Shown: positions 22,366-35,300 of the stretch, in pieces
Layout: each line of letters starts with the position of its first letter
Position numbering within the stretch: the stretch's first letter is position 1
Assembly: GCA_043228905.1 (NCBI GenBank)
Contig: JBHGNT010000007.1
Location: 13,516,001 to 13,580,000, forward strand
DNA length: 64,000 nucleotides
DNA from: Azolla caroliniana
Lineage: Eukaryota > Plantae > Polypodiophyta
Direction: 5' to 3'
Translations under genes and position numbers: made by a program
The notes under the pieces: generated by a model
What the model saw: only the letters and a program-made list of their open reading frames with translations
What the model was told of the DNA's origin: nothing
Database searches by the model: none

Positions 22366-25300
22366 TGTTGGGATTACGGTCCCTTCGCATGGGATGGTCG
22401 GATATCGGAGATGAATGCCGACAAGCCCGGTTTCGGTTTTCGGATCCGGATGACGAAGACCCCGGTTTCGGTACCGGATGACGAATGTACCCGGAGAGCG
22501 ATCCGGATACAGGGACATATCCATGAATATGTTCGCTATGGGCCCCTGAGGCTACAGTTGTAAATAGCCCAAAGTCATATAAGTATAAATATGACTTAGG
22601 GCAAACAGTTTTGTTGTTGCTTCTCATTTTTCTGTTTTTTTTTTCCACTCAAGAGGAGTGAAGTGTAAGCAGCCGTGAGAGAGAGAGAGAGAGAGAGATA
22701 GAGCGCAAGAGACGAAGAGGTAGACGCCTCTGTGTATTTCCGCCGCCTGTGGCGAGGACAGCGAGCTCAAGGTCGTCGCCTTGCAGCTCGCCATTGTATA
22801 CTTCTCTGTATAGTGTTGGGTTGGAGTCTTGTACTCCCGTGGTTTTTCCCGTCTGGGTTTTCCACGTTAATCCCTGTGTACTCGCGTTCTTCTTGTTTTT
22901 TTTTCGTGTGGTTCCTATTTTCTGCTGCATTGATCCGCGATTACTCGGTTGTGGCCGAGAGAAGAAGGTGAATCGAAGCGTCTATTCCTTACAAACTGGT
23001 ATCAGAGCAACTATTGCAGAAAATGGAAGGCGGCGGCAGCGGGCAGCCGGGGATGATGGTGCTGAATGCACAGAATTACGCCGACTGGAAGATCAAGATG
23101 GAGGATCTCCTGATTGTTCGGGACCTGTACGAACCGATTGACAGGTCGGAAATACCGAAGGGGGTACTTGAGTCGGAGTGGAAGCTCCTGAACCGGAAAG
23201 CCGTAGCGACGATCCGACAATATGTCGATGTAAGCGTCCTACAACATGTGGCGAACGACACCAACGCATATGAGATGTGGAAGAAGCTGTCGGGCCTCTA
23301 CGAGAGGAAGAATGCGTTGAACCGGACCTCCCTGATGAGGAAGATAGTGAATCTCAAGTACCGGGACGGCGAGAGTATGGTGGAACACGTAAGCACGTTC
23401 ATGGGATTCGTGAATCAGCTTGCAGCGATCAAGTTCCCGTTGGAGGATGCAATGCAAGCCATCATCCTGATGTGTACATTGCCGGAAAGCTGGGAGAACT
23501 TGGTGGTGACTCTCAGCACCTCCTGCACCGAAGATAACTTGTCCCTACAAACGGTAAAGACAAGTATTTTGAACGAAGAAGCGCGTCGGAGAGATAAGGA
23601 ACCGGCCTCCGACCCGAAGATGTTGTTTACCGAATCGGATCGGGGAAGACAATGGAACCGGAGTCCGCAAAGACGGGAGAAGTCGGGGACCCGGTCGCAG
23701 TCAAAAGGAAGGCCCACATGCTTCCACTGTGGGAAGCCGGGGCACTTCCGAAAGAATTGTCGGCATTACCGAAAAGACAATGGAACCGACAACACCGATT
23801 CGAAGAAGTCACCGGAGAGAAACGGTGCATACCGGGGAGCCACGGACCGGAATGGTTCGGATCGGCGAGGACAGGACCGAAAAGGAACGACGGCACTCGC
23901 AGCAAGTGAAGAGGAGATCATGCTCATCACCGAAGAAGGTGAACTAAACATTGCCGGCGATGAGACGACCTGGGTGGTCGATTCCGGAGCATCGTTCCAC
24001 CTGACCCCGGAGAGAAGATACTTCTCATCCTACACAGCCGGCGAGCATGGCTGTGTTCGGATGGGAAACGAAGGTACGTGCCGGATTGCCGGCATAGGAC
24101 ACGTGTGGTTGACAACCCCGACCGGATGCAAAATGCTGCTGAAGAATGTCCGACACGTTCCGGAGGTCCGACTGAACCTGATTTCGGTCGGGAGGCTAGA
24201 TGATGAAGGCTACACGGGTAGCATCCGGAACGGTGTCATGAAGTTCAGCAAGGGGAGCTTGATAGTGGCTCGGGCCCGGAAGGTCAACACACTGTACCTG
24301 ATGAATGCCCGGTTATGTCCGGAAGAGCTGAATGTGGCAGCCGACACTGCCGGTGAGCTGTGGCACAAAAGACTGTGCCACATGAGTGAGAAGGGGATGA
24401 AGAGGCTTGCAGAAGACAACCTTATTCCGGTGAAGCATGTGCACCTGGAGAAGTGCACCGACTGCCTGGCCGGTAAGCAGAACCGAACCTCCTTCCACTC
24501 AAGGCCACCGACGAGACGTAGCGCACCATTGGAGTTGGTGCACACTGATGTGTGTCAGGTAGAAACGAAGTCACATGGCGGAGCCCAGTACTTCGTAACA
24601 TTCATTGATGATCACAGCCGGAAGCTGTGGACAGCACCGTTGAAGACAAAGGACCAAGTGTTGTGCGTCTTCAAAGAACTCCACGCAAGAGTGGAAAGAG
24701 AATCCGGCAAGAAGCTGAAAGCACTACGAGCGGATAATGGAGGAGAATACCGAGGGCAGTTCGCGGAGTATTGCCGTTCGATGGGAATCCGGCTCGAGTT
24801 CACTGTGCCGAAGACGCCGGAACTGAACGGGCTGGCCGAGAGGATGAACCGGACCATAATGGAGAGGGTCCGGAGTATGCTGGCACATGCGAAATTACCC
24901 AAGGGATTTTGGGCTGAGGCAATGTCGACGGCGACATACGTGATAAACAGATCACCCTCAGTACCTTTGGACGGAGACACGCCACAGAGAGTGTGGACCG
25001 GTAAGGAAGTGTCCTACCGGCATCTGAAGGTATTCGGGTGTCTCGCATTTGTGCATGTGGCAAAGGACCGGAGAGGAAAGCTAGATCCAAAGACCCGGCC
25101 ATGCATATTCCTCGGTTACGGCGATGACGAGTTCGGCTACCGAGTATGGGACCCGGTCGACAGGAAGATATTCAGGAGTCGAGATATCATCTTCATGGAG
25201 GACAAGTCACTCGCCGACTGGGAGTCGGAGAAGAAGATGAAGAGCTCCAAGTCGACCGGTGAGGATAAACTCTACGAGGAGCAGTCCCGACCGGCAAGGG

Positions 25301-27737
25301 ACCGGTTAGCACTCGAGGACCCGGCCGAAGACGGTGAAGAAACAGAACCGGCCGAAGAAGATGAAAATGATACCGGAACCGGCCCCGATCCCGAAATGGA
25401 TTCGGATGAAGAAGAAGAATCGGAAGAACCGGTTACCGAAGCTCCCGAACGGAGATATCCTCTAAGAGAGAGGAGAGCCCCCCGGAGATTTCCGGAACCA
25501 GAGCACGTGCTGCTAACCGACGAGGGGGAGCCGGAGAGCTTTGAAGAAGCAAAGCATGACACCCAGAGTCGCAGGTGGTTGAGTGCCATGCAGGACGAGA
25601 TGGATTCCCTGCATGAGAACCTCACATATGAACTTGTGGAGTTGCCGAAAGGAAAGCGGGCACTTCGAAACAAGTGGGTGTTCAAGCTGAAACCGGGAGA
25701 TGCCGGAAACCCCCCGAGATATAAAGCCAGGATCGTGGTGAAGGGGTTTCAGCAGAAGAAGGGCGTCGACTTCGACGAGATATTTGCCCCGGTAGTGAAG
25801 ATGACCTCCATCCGGACGGTGCTGAGCATAGCGGCAAGCATGGACCTCGAGGTAGAACAGATGGACGTGAAGATGGCATTCCTTCACGGTGACCTCGAAG
25901 AAGAGATTTACATGCAGCAACCGGAAGGATTCGAGAAGAAAGGGAAGGAGCACCTGGTATGCCGGTTGAAGAAGAGCCTTTACGGACTGAAGCAGGCTCC
26001 CCGGCAATGGTACCGGAAGTTCGACTCCTTCATGACCGACGAAGGGTACCTCAAAACGCAGTCCGACCACTGCGCGTTTGTGAAGAAATTCGAAGGAGGA
26101 GACTTTCTAATACTCCTCCTGTATGTGGACGACATGTTGATCGTCGGACGGGACCAGGTCAAGATACGGATGCTGAAGAAGGCTCTTCACCGAACCTTCT
26201 CAATGAAGGACCTGGGTCCGGCGAGGCAAATACTAGGGATGCACATCATCCGGGACCGGAAGAAGAAGCAGTTGTGGCTGTCACAGGAGAAGTACGTGAC
26301 GAAGGTGCTTCACCGGTTCAACATGTCGGAAGCAAGACCGGTCGGATCGACCCTCCCGGCAAACTGCAAGCTGTCCAGCAAGCAAAGTCCCAAGACAAAG
26401 GCTGAAAAGGAGGATATGATGAAAGTGCCGCATGCCTCAGCCGTCAGGAGCTTGATGTACGCCATGGTGTGTACGAGACCGGACATAGGATATGCAGTCG
26501 GAGTGGTGAGCCGGTACATGAGCAATCCCGGCAAAGAGCATTGGAACGCGGTCAAGTGGATACTCCGATACCTGAAGGGCACAGCGAATGTGTGCCTCCG
26601 ATTCGGCTCCGGTAAACCCGAACTCGACGGTTTCACCGATTCGGATATGTCGGCTGATGCAGACACCAGCCGGTCCACATCAGGGTATGTGATGACGTAT
26701 GCAGGGGGAGCTGTTTCATGGCAGTCGAGGCTGCAGAAGACGGTTGCGTTGTCAACCACGGAGGCGGAGTACATGGCGGCTGTTGAAGCCGGCAAGGAAA
26801 TAATATGGATGAAGGACTTCATTAGAGAGCTCGGTATCCAACAGGAGGAGTACCGACTCTACTGTGACAGTCAGAGTGCAATCCACCTTGCGAAGAACGC
26901 GGCCTATCACTCCCGGACGAAGCACATCCAGCGAAGATATCACTGGATCCGGGAAAGGATAGAAGACAAGGAGTTCGTGCTGACAAAGATCCACACGGAC
27001 GAGAACGGGTCGGATATGCTGACCAAGGTCCTCACACCCGACAAGCTGGAAGCATGCCGGAAGAGGGTCGGATTGGAGAGACATCCCATGCCGAAGTGAA
27101 GGGGGAGTTTGTTGGGATTACGGTCCCTTCGCATGGGATGGTCGGATATCGGAGATGAATGCCGACAAGCCCGGTTTCGGTTTTCGGATCCGGATGACGA
27201 AGACCCCGGTTTCGGTACCGGATGACGAATGTACCCGGAGAGCGATCCGGATACAGGGACATATCCGTGAATATGTTCGCTATGGGCCCCTGAGGCTACA
27301 GTTGTAAATAGCCCAAAGTCATATAAGTATAAATATGACTTAGGGCAAACAGTTTTGTTGTTGCTTCTCATTTTTCTGTTTTTTTTTTCCACTCAAGAGG
27401 AGTGAAGTGTAAGCAGCCGTGAGAGAGAGAGAGAGAGAGAGATAGAGCGCAAGAGACGAAGAGGTAGACGCCTCTGTGTATTTCCGCCGCCTATGGCGAG
27501 GACAGCGAGCTCAAGGTCGTCGCCTTGCAGCTCGCCATTGTATACTTCTCTGTATAGTGTTGGGTTGGAGTCTTGTACTCCCGTGGTTTTTCCCGTCTGG
27601 GTTTTCCACGTTAATCCCTGTGTACTCGCGTTCTTCTTGTTTTTTTTTCGTGTGGTTCCTATTTTCTGCTGCATTGATCCGCGATTACTCGGTTGTGGCC
27701 GAGAGAAGAAGGTGAATCGAAGCGTCTATTCCTTACA
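22366..27737 (+). mobile_element. Young full-length Ty1/Copia element (Tnt1/Tork-like)
   Basis: 628-bp LTRs at 22366-22993 and 27110-27737 with two visible mismatches; TSD CTCCA; Met PBS tggtatcagagc 22997-23008; PPT gaagggggag. Confidence 0.97.
23023..27099 (+). CDS. Copia Gag-Pol polyprotein (gag-PR-INT-RT-RH), uninterrupted
   Basis: CFHCGKPGHFRKNC, WVVDSGAS, WHKRLCH, LVHTD/RADNGGE/NGLAER, LLYVDDML, TDSD...STTEAEY. Confidence 0.96.
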   Translation: MEGGGSGQPGMMVLNAQNYADWKIKMEDLLIVRDLYEPIDRSEIPKGVLESEWKLLNRKAVATIRQYVDVSVLQHVANDTNAYEMWKKLSGLYERKNALNRTSLMRKIVNLKYRDGESMVEHVSTFMGFVNQLAAIKFPLEDAMQAIILMCTLPESWENLVVTLSTSCTEDNLSLQTVKTSILNEEARRRDKEPASDPKMLFTESDRGRQWNRSPQRREKSGTRSQSKGRPTCFHCGKPGHFRKNCRHYRKDNGTDNTDSKKSPERNGAYRGATDRNGSDRRGQDRKGTTALAASEEEIMLITEEGELNIAGDETTWVVDSGASFHLTPERRYFSSYTAGEHGCVRMGNEGTCRIAGIGHVWLTTPTGCKMLLKNVRHVPEVRLNLISVGRLDDEGYTGSIRNGVMKFSKGSLIVARARKVNTLYLMNARLCPEELNVAADTAGELWHKRLCHMSEKGMKRLAEDNLIPVKHVHLEKCTDCLAGKQNRTSFHSRPPTRRSAPLELVHTDVCQVETKSHGGAQYFVTFIDDHSRKLWTAPLKTKDQVLCVFKELHARVERESGKKLKALRADNGGEYRGQFAEYCRSMGIRLEFTVPKTPELNGLAERMNRTIMERVRSMLAHAKLPKGFWAEAMSTATYVINRSPSVPLDGDTPQRVWTGKEVSYRHLKVFGCLAFVHVAKDRRGKLDPKTRPCIFLGYGDDEFGYRVWDPVDRKIFRSRDIIFMEDKSLADWESEKKMKSSKSTGEDKLYEEQSRPARDRLALEDPAEDGEETEPAEEDENDTGTGPDPEMDSDEEEESEEPVTEAPERRYPLRERRAPRRFPEPEHVLLTDEGEPESFEEAKHDTQSRRWLSAMQDEMDSLHENLTYELVELPKGKRALRNKWVFKLKPGDAGNPPRYKARIVVKGFQQKKGVDFDEIFAPVVKMTSIRTVLSIAASMDLEVEQMDVKMAFLHGDLEEEIYMQQPEGFEKKGKEHLVCRLKKSLYGLKQAPRQWYRKFDSFMTDEGYLKTQSDHCAFVKKFEGGDFLILLLYVDDMLIVGRDQVKIRMLKKALHRTFSMKDLGPARQILGMHIIRDRKKKQLWLSQEKYVTKVLHRFNMSEARPVGSTLPANCKLSSKQSPKTKAEKEDMMKVPHASAVRSLMYAMVCTRPDIGYAVGVVSRYMSNPGKEHWNAVKWILRYLKGTANVCLRFGSGKPELDGFTDSDMSADADTSRSTSGYVMTYAGGAVSWQSRLQKTVALSTTEAEYMAAVEAGKEIIWMKDFIRELGIQQEEYRLYCDSQSAIHLAKNAAYHSRTKHIQRRYHWIRERIEDKEFVLTKIHTDENGSDMLTKVLTPDKLEACRKRVGLERHPMPK

Positions 27738-29237
27738 CTCCATAGATTTCTTCATTCCTCCTCTTCCGAAATTCACCCATAGGTGTCTTCTAGTCTCGCT
27801 TGAGCAGATCATGTTGTCCTCTATGTATACAATATTTTGTCGAATCGCCTCTCGAAGGCTCGCACAATCCCTTCTCATGTGGTCCATGCTATCGCACCAC
27901 ACGCATCTAAAGGGTTCTTTTCCCTTAGGGCCCCGACGATTCATGTTGGCCAGTGTGACCTTCTCGAACTTCTTCGCTAGCTCTTCAATGATGTCGTCAT
28001 CAATCTTCTTTTCTTCCACGTTACTTTGTCTTGGCGGCTCAGCTACTTTCGTCGGTCTTGCTTTCTCCGTGGTAGTCGGTCCCGTCAAGTCGGTGTCATC
28101 AACCCATTGGCGACGCTTTTCAAGCTTATTGCATGCCCGCTTCACCGCGATCCAGTCCGCTACGAGCCCATTTGCTTGGGTATCATCTTCGAGAAGAGTC
28201 CCCAACTCCCGTGTATCCTTTATGTCCACGGCCTTCAAGAAGTACAAAGTCTTGTCCTCTTCAAGCAACACTTGGTCCGTATTGGGGAGACAACTAAACA
28301 TTTGGTCGAATTCGTCGTACACCCTCGAGACGCTCATCTTCTTATTCTTCTTCTCTATCCACTTCATCAGGGCATGTCGAGTCATCCTCGTTGAGTCTTC
28401 AGTCATGAACTCCGCTAGTATTGTTTTCTCGAACTCGGACCATGTTGTCTTACCTTCTTGAAGCTCGATGACGCGTCTTTGGATGTTGTTGGTGACAACT
28501 CTCTTGAAGCTTGTGATTTGACGTGCCTCAGACACGTCCCTTTGATTCATCTCCCTTCTATATGCATCAAGGAACTTCGTAACGTTCCTTCCATCAAATT
28601 GGCCCTCGAGCTCTACAACACGATCGACAGCCTTCTCCACGCTCACATCGTTGTCCCAAGATTTCATCATTTGCTCGACGATTAGCATCATCCTTTCGAG
28701 CTCTCCTGCTTGGTTGCTTGAGGATGCCATCTCCAAGTATTAATCTCGACTTGATCCTTCCTACCGCCTCTTTCACGTCGGGTTCACCACTTAATTATGT
28801 CGTGAAGATCCGTCACTACGCGCGGATCGTGAGGCGGAACCGCCTGGGTTCTGGACCAGAAGGATTTAGAGTCGATACAAGCTTTGGCGAGAAAGTACTT
28901 AAGATAGATTGGGAAAGAGAGAAGTTGAGATTAAACGATTGAACTTTTTATCTTTGGATTTAAGAAACAAGTTACACCATCAATTTGATAACAAATTTCT
29001 TCTTCTTAATTTCATAATAAAAAAAACCCGTGTTTTTTCTCCTCCCCCTTCCCTCTTTTATAGATGCTCTCATGCATATGATGCATGTGAGGGTACAAGA
29101 CATGCATAAATTGCATGTTTGCCATTTGACGCTTATGTATTACATGTGGTGCATGATAACCATGTCACTCATTTTAGTTCTCATGTATGAGAATTTACAT
29201 GTAAAAGTACAATGATAGAAATATAATTTCAACTAAA

Positions 29238-29311
29238 TAGCATGGCTTAATAATGGTAAGCCAATTGACTCCTAACTTGGAGGTGCAAGGTTCGAATCCT
29301 TACTTGCCCTC
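29238..29311 (+). other. tRNA-like cassette in the Gypsy-2 5' LTR
   Basis: Consensus B box GGTTCGAATCC at 29289-29299; A box carries a 3-nt insertion. Confidence 0.6.
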
Positions 29312-32300
29312 CTTGTATATGTAAATATGTATATATATTTATATATTTATTTATCTAGTCGCCGGACGCCGGTTCGCCGGATGTCGTCGGTTACCGTTGC
29401 CGTCGTCGGATGTCGTCGGTTACCGTTGCCATCGCCGGATGCCGTCGGTTACCGGTGCGTCGCCAGATACCGGTGCCGCCGCCGGATCACCGTCGCCGGA
29501 TGCCGTCGGATCATCGTCGCCGGATTGCCATCGGATGCCGCCGGATCACCGTCGTCGGATTGTCGTTGGATCACCGTCTCCATCGCCGGTCCGGCCAACC
29601 AAAACCCTTTATGAGTAGCTAGCCCACCTCCACTCTTAGTTCAAGTTACCTTGAACTCTCTATGCTCCACACATAGACACAAAGATAATATCTTTTGCTC
29701 CACCTTATATATGATGAGAGCTGTATTTGTCGTGCCTATGTGGGATATCTCCCAATTTTCTCCTTTCCTTTTACAAACTTTATACCCTCATATCTTGACA
29801 TTTAGTTGTTCGTTTCTCATGTAATAAAGTGCATTCGAAACCTCCATCATTTTGTACTTAGATATTAAATCTATTTAAAATGTTATCTTCATAATTATTG
29901 TACTACGTGATTCATACTCGACTTCGTACGTTTTATGGGATTTTCACACTATTGCCGAAAATCTTCACGACACCGCACCTCAATGTGCTTCATTTTCGCA
30001 TGGTAGACGGGATTGTTGATGAGGTGTATTGCACTCTGTGAGTCGCAATAGATGGTTAGCGCTGGTCGGTCTATTCGGTCTGTAGTTCCGAAGTCGGCAG
30101 ACAGTCAGTGCAGCCAAATCGCTTCCTTCACTGCTTTCGATGCTGCTATGTACTCGGCTTCTGCAGTAGATAGAGTCGTGCACTCTTGTAGTTTCGACCT
30201 CCATGATATTGCACCACCACCATAGGTGAATATGTAGCTTGATGTCGATTTCCGATTGTTTGTGTTTCCGGCATAGTCAGAATCGGTGTAGCCTTCGACT
30301 TCGGTTGATATTGTTGAACCGAATGTCAGCTGTGAATCTGTGGTTCCTTTCAGATACCTAAGGATGTGCTTGACGGCCTCTTAATGCTTCTTTCCTAGGT
30401 TTGACATGTACCGGTTAACCACCCCTATGGCATAGGCTAGGTCGGGTCGGGTTGCCACCATTGCGTACATGATACTTCCTACTGCCGATGTGTAGGGTAT
30501 CTTTCCATTATGCTCTCTCTCCTTGTCCGTTGCAGGAGAGTCTCTATTTGATAGTCTGATCGACGTTGGAAGTAGTGTCGGTATTGGCTTCGCGTTCTCC
30601 ATGTTGAAGCGTTTTAGCACCTTGCGGATGTAGTCGGATTGGGAGAGTCAGAGAGTCCTGGTCGTCAGATTTCACTCTATCCAATCGAACTTTTGGTACC
30701 ACATTCTCGACGCTTGTTTGAGGCCATATAGACTTTTCTTTAGCCTGCATACGAGGTGACTGTCCTCCCTCGTCGCCATGAAGCCTGCCGGTTGAGACAT
30801 GTATATGTCTTCTTTCAGATCTCCGTGTAGGAATACCGTCTTTACGTCCATCTGCTCGAGCTCTAGGTCTTCTGTCGCTACAACTCCTAGTAGGAGTCGG
30901 AGGGTGGTCATGTTGACTACTGGTGAGAATATCTCGTCGTAGTCGACCCCGTATTCCTGTTTGAATCCTTTCGCGACAAGCCGAGCTTTGTACTTGGGTT
31001 TCTCTGAGTCGGATACATACTTGTATCGGAACACCCATTTGCAAGGTAGCGGCTTTCTTCTTGCTAGTAGTTCGACCCGCTCCCATGTTTGATTCTGATG
31101 AATCGAGTCCATTTTGGATTTCATGGTCTGCAACCATGTTTTGGCGTCCGGTGCGCCCATAACTTCGTCATACGTGCTTGGTTTGCCTGCATCCGTGTAG
31201 TTGACGTAGTCGAGGCCTGGTTGATAAAACTTTGTTTGCCTTCGAGCTCATCTAGATCTCCTGGGTGCCGTATTATTCGGTTCGGATTCTTTTGATCAGT
31301 TCTGATTGACAATCGGTATTTGTTGAACCAATTGAGTCAAGAGTCTTGTTCGGTATTCCGCCCCTGCTTTGGGATTTCGGCGGTTGTTCCCCCCTATGGT
31401 TGTTGTCGACTCGATTCTTACTTGCCTCTTAGTGACTCTGCCTTTGTCTACTCTTGTCAATTTGGTTGTGTCTTTGAAGAATTTGTCTTTGAGTTCGACA
31501 TTGGGACTTATTGCCGATTCGGTGTCGGTTGGGACGTTGTCGGTGGTTGGAGTTCAACTATTTGTTGACTCTTTGATTCGGCCCGGTGGGTCGATCTTTC
31601 TACGATGACATTGTCATCTTCGAAGGACACCTTCTTGCCCACTGTTTTCGGCTGGTTCCGTTGAGAGAAGATAGAGTCTTCATTGAAGACTACATCGCTG
31701 CTCTGGATCAATTTCCGATTCTCAGGGTCCCATAGCAGATAGCCAAAGTCCCCATCGGTTCCATAACCCAAAAATATGCACTTTGTTGCATGGGGTGCCA
31801 ACTTCATCCTTTTGTTCCTAGGGATTAATGCGTAGGCTTCGCATCTGAATATACGGAGCATTGTAGGTCGGTTATTTGCCTGACCATAGTGCTTGTGGCA
31901 CTTCGAGCCTGATTGCTCTTGACGACCCAAAACTCCAGTTTCAGTCCGGCTTGCTGGAGCATTACCATCACCCTCTCTTGGATCATTCGGTTGATCCGTT
32001 TAGCCACCCCATTTTGCATGGGTGTGTAAGGAACGGTCTTTTAATGTCGGATTCCTTTTTCGGACAGATATCCATCGAGTGAAGACCTTGAGCACTTAAT
32101 CTTTGGACTTGATGGAGTATGCCCAAACTTTCCGTGTACAGTCATCTACGAATGTGATGAAGTACCGGGAGCCTCCTAGTGATCGCTCTAGCATGGGCCC
32201 ACATATGTCTGTGTGCACGAGCTCTAGGGGTTGTCGTACCATCTTGTAATCGAGAGAGTGCAAACTTCAGGTCTATTTCCCGTATCGACAATGCTCACAG

Positions 32301-35300
32301 AAGTCCGTCTTTGCCTGGAGTTTCGGAATGTAGCTGACCGACATTAGTCGATCAAGTCCGGGTTGTGACATATCGCTGAGTCGGCCATGCCATAGGTTCG
32401 GGTCGGTCTTTTCGGCTATGTTCACAGCCCCTTCAAGGTTGATCTCCATCAATGGGTATAGATTATTATACTTATGCCCAGTACCAATTTTGAGGTTTCC
32501 TCGGCTGATCACCCATGTCAACTCGTGTAGAGTCGTTCGATACCCGTCTTCGGCTAACATGCTGATGGAGACCAGACTCCTCTTTAGATCGGGTATGTGC
32601 CAAACTCAGTGCAGGGTTATTGTGTTGCCATTTGGCAATCTGATGGGAACCTCCCCAGTTCCAACTATCTTGCACTCCTCGGACTGTGTTGTCGGTGTCG
32701 GCTGAATAGTTCGAGAACCATTCAACGTTGGGGGTCACGTGAAATGTGGCACTAGATTCTAGTAGCCACGTGTGTGCAACATGTGCACTGTAGAGGACTT
32801 CTCTGATGATCGAATCCTCTAGGGAGAGGATTTCTCCGGATCGGGTGTCGGTAACATTGATCTGGTTGCCAACTGGAGAGTGGTCCGAGTCGGAACGTCC
32901 CCGATTCCACTCGGATCGTCGACCACTTTCCTTTCTCTTTATTGACCAGTAGTCGGAAACATTGTGGCCAGTTTTCCTACAGTGTGTGCAGTACTTGCTT
33001 GTTCGACCCGTTTTCGACTTTGACCATTGTCGGTCTCCCCTCGTTCTCGATCGACTATATCGTTGACCGGTTCTATCGGCTTTTTCTTTCGGTTGAACGA
33101 CTCAGTCAAGTGGTGGGCTTCTACCGACTCATCGATGGATAGTCCCATCAATTTTCGACTGGTGTCCTCTGTGAGGACTTGGCCGGTTGTTTCGTCCAAA
33201 TTCAGGATCGGTCGGCTATTGGCGTATGTCGTACAGGATACCTGCCAACTCGCCGGTAAGCTCGATAAGAGGGCAAGGGCTTTCACTTCTTCGTCGAAGT
33301 TGATCCCTTGGGATGAGAGCTCTGACAACACCCTGTTGAAGTTATTGATGTGGGAGGTTGCCGGATCGGTCTCTTTCATCTTGATGTTGAACAATTGTTT
33401 GATCAAGATAAGTTTTGAAGATGAGGACTTCTTCTCATATACAGCCTATAATTTCTCCCACAATGAGAACGTTGTCGTCTCTTTCGCCATGCTGAAATAG
33501 ACGTTTTCAGCCAGATGCATTCAGATGGTGGAGCGTGCTATTTCGTCCATTGATCTCCACTCTTCTGATATCATCGAAGCAGGCTTTTCATTATGCCGAA
33601 TGGCTTCGACCTCTCTTCAGATAATCAACACATCCTGTATCATCTCTTTCCACAAGGCAAAGTTTTTGTCGTCGAACTTTCTAATTTCAACTCTTGTTCC
33701 CGATGTTGAAGCCATATTCTTTCTATAGATTTGATGTTTCTGACTTGGTCTTTTCTTTCAACTTCTTCTTCTGTTATTTGTTGCCGCTACACAACAGAAC
33801 ACAACTCTGGTATCAATTGTTGGTTAATGTCGACAATTATGCGGAAGTGTGTGTTCGGATCTTATGGCTATGAACAACAAACAACATACACACAGAAGAT
33901 AGAGAAGGCAGATATAGACTTACACAGTTGGAGCTTTAATGGAAAGCTTCTTATTTCTGCACAATGTGTTTTTCTCTCTCAAAGATACAATAGTCTGCTC
34001 GTCATCATCACTCATTACAATGTTAGGTATTCGCTTATATACTAAGCCCTAACTTATTAACGAGTTCACACTCAGACGGATACAACTTGGAAGGAGTCGG
34101 CATTTTAAGCCAACAATCTAGTCATCACCGGATCTAGACTTGCTGACATCAGCCGAATGAGGTCCCAACTATCGGATGCATTCGAAATGAAGGACCTGGG
34201 GGACCGTCATTACTTCCTCGGGATCGAAGTGATCCATACCCCCACCGGTATATTTCTCTCACAACAACACTATGTGTTGAATATGTTATAAAAGTTCAAC
34301 ATGACGGATTGCCGACCAGTCTTGAAGCTTCGTCTCGACTTCGGACCAATCTGCGATGAGAAATGGTTCCAACAAATTATCAGAAGCCTCATTTATTTGA
34401 CAATCACCTGACCCGACATGAGCTATGCAGTCGGAGCGATCAGTTAGTTTATGCAGAAGCCGACCATGGAGCACCTTCAATGCACGCACCGAATATTGAG
34501 GTATCTCAGCGGCACTAAGGACCGAGGACTGTTATACCGACACGATATAATCGAAAATCTGGTTGGATATATAGATGCCGACTGGGCCGGAGATGCGTCG
34601 GATCGACGGTCCACTTCCGGATTCATGTTTTCTCTGGGTAGCAGAGTTGTTGCGTGGAGCAACAAAAAGTAGCCAATTGTGGCTCCGTCGAGCACAGACT
34701 CTGAATATCGGAGCACCACCATTGCCACCTGTGAAGCCATCTGGGTTCGGCGGCTGCTACAAGACCTCCAAATCGAAGTACTGACTTCGATCTAGATCTA
34801 CTGTGACAACATGAGCAACATGCAGCTGGCCAAGAACAATGTGTTCCATGCTCGAACGAAGCACATAGAAGTTCATTATCACTTTGTGTGCAAGTGGGTC
34901 CTCAACGGTGAAGTAGAACTCCGGTATGTCCAGATAGATCGGTAGGCTCCCGGCATCTTCACAAAGGCCCTTCGAACAAACAAGTTGTAGCATTTTTCGG
35001 AGATGCTTGGTCTTCAACATCTCGACATGCCACACTGGAACCGGAATGGAAACCGAGAAAACAGGGGGAGGCAAGAAGAAAAAGGAAGTCGAGTCGAATG
35101 AAGAAGTGAGCACATTCGGTAAAGTCAGAACAAGCGGTGATGGCGGTAAGTCAAGAAGGACAAAGCCGACCGGAAGGCCAAGACCCGGACGTGGTCCGAT
35201 GTGGTAAAGGGCCTGAAGATTGAGGATGAATTGGAGACAGCCAATTCAGACAAGAGTTGGAACGAATCGGAAGCACCCTGTTTGGGGCATGTGTTTGATT

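Larger units (their letters stand above)
21155..28736 (-). pseudogene. gag: Gypsy-2 gag-protease, split by a Copia insertion, with a premature stop at 21257-21259
   Basis: Joins as MKKSME|DVDATHV across 22366-27737; CVWCDSMDHMRRDC; LIDHGSEINL; natural end ...SSDF* at 21155. Confidence 0.9.
16436..29972 (-). mobile_element. Gypsy-2: full-length Gypsy of the same lineage as Gypsy-1, inserted in Copia-E RNase H
   Basis: LTRs 16436-17597 and 28798-29972 with 12-bp terminal inverted repeats tgtcgtgaagat; Trp PBS 28773-28789; PPT 17598-17610; host KHIEVR|YHHIRE is split. Confidence 0.95.
15792..34115 (-). mobile_element. Copia-E: decayed Ty1/Copia element inserted in Copia-A RT
   Basis: 298-bp LTRs at 15792-16089 and 33818-34115; TSD ATCTA on both sides; gag-PR-INT-RT-RH fragments on minus (29973-33716, 16300-16435); PPT at 16090; degenerate Met PBS. 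Confidence 0.93.

Noticed and set aside
21257-22648. 463-aa ORF as a real gene
   Set aside because: Artefactual fusion of antisense Copia LTR and interrupted Gypsy gag
33808-33815. Plus-strand tggtatca as a PBS
   Set aside because: It lies before the LTR and the element is on minus; it is the mutated minus-strand PBS
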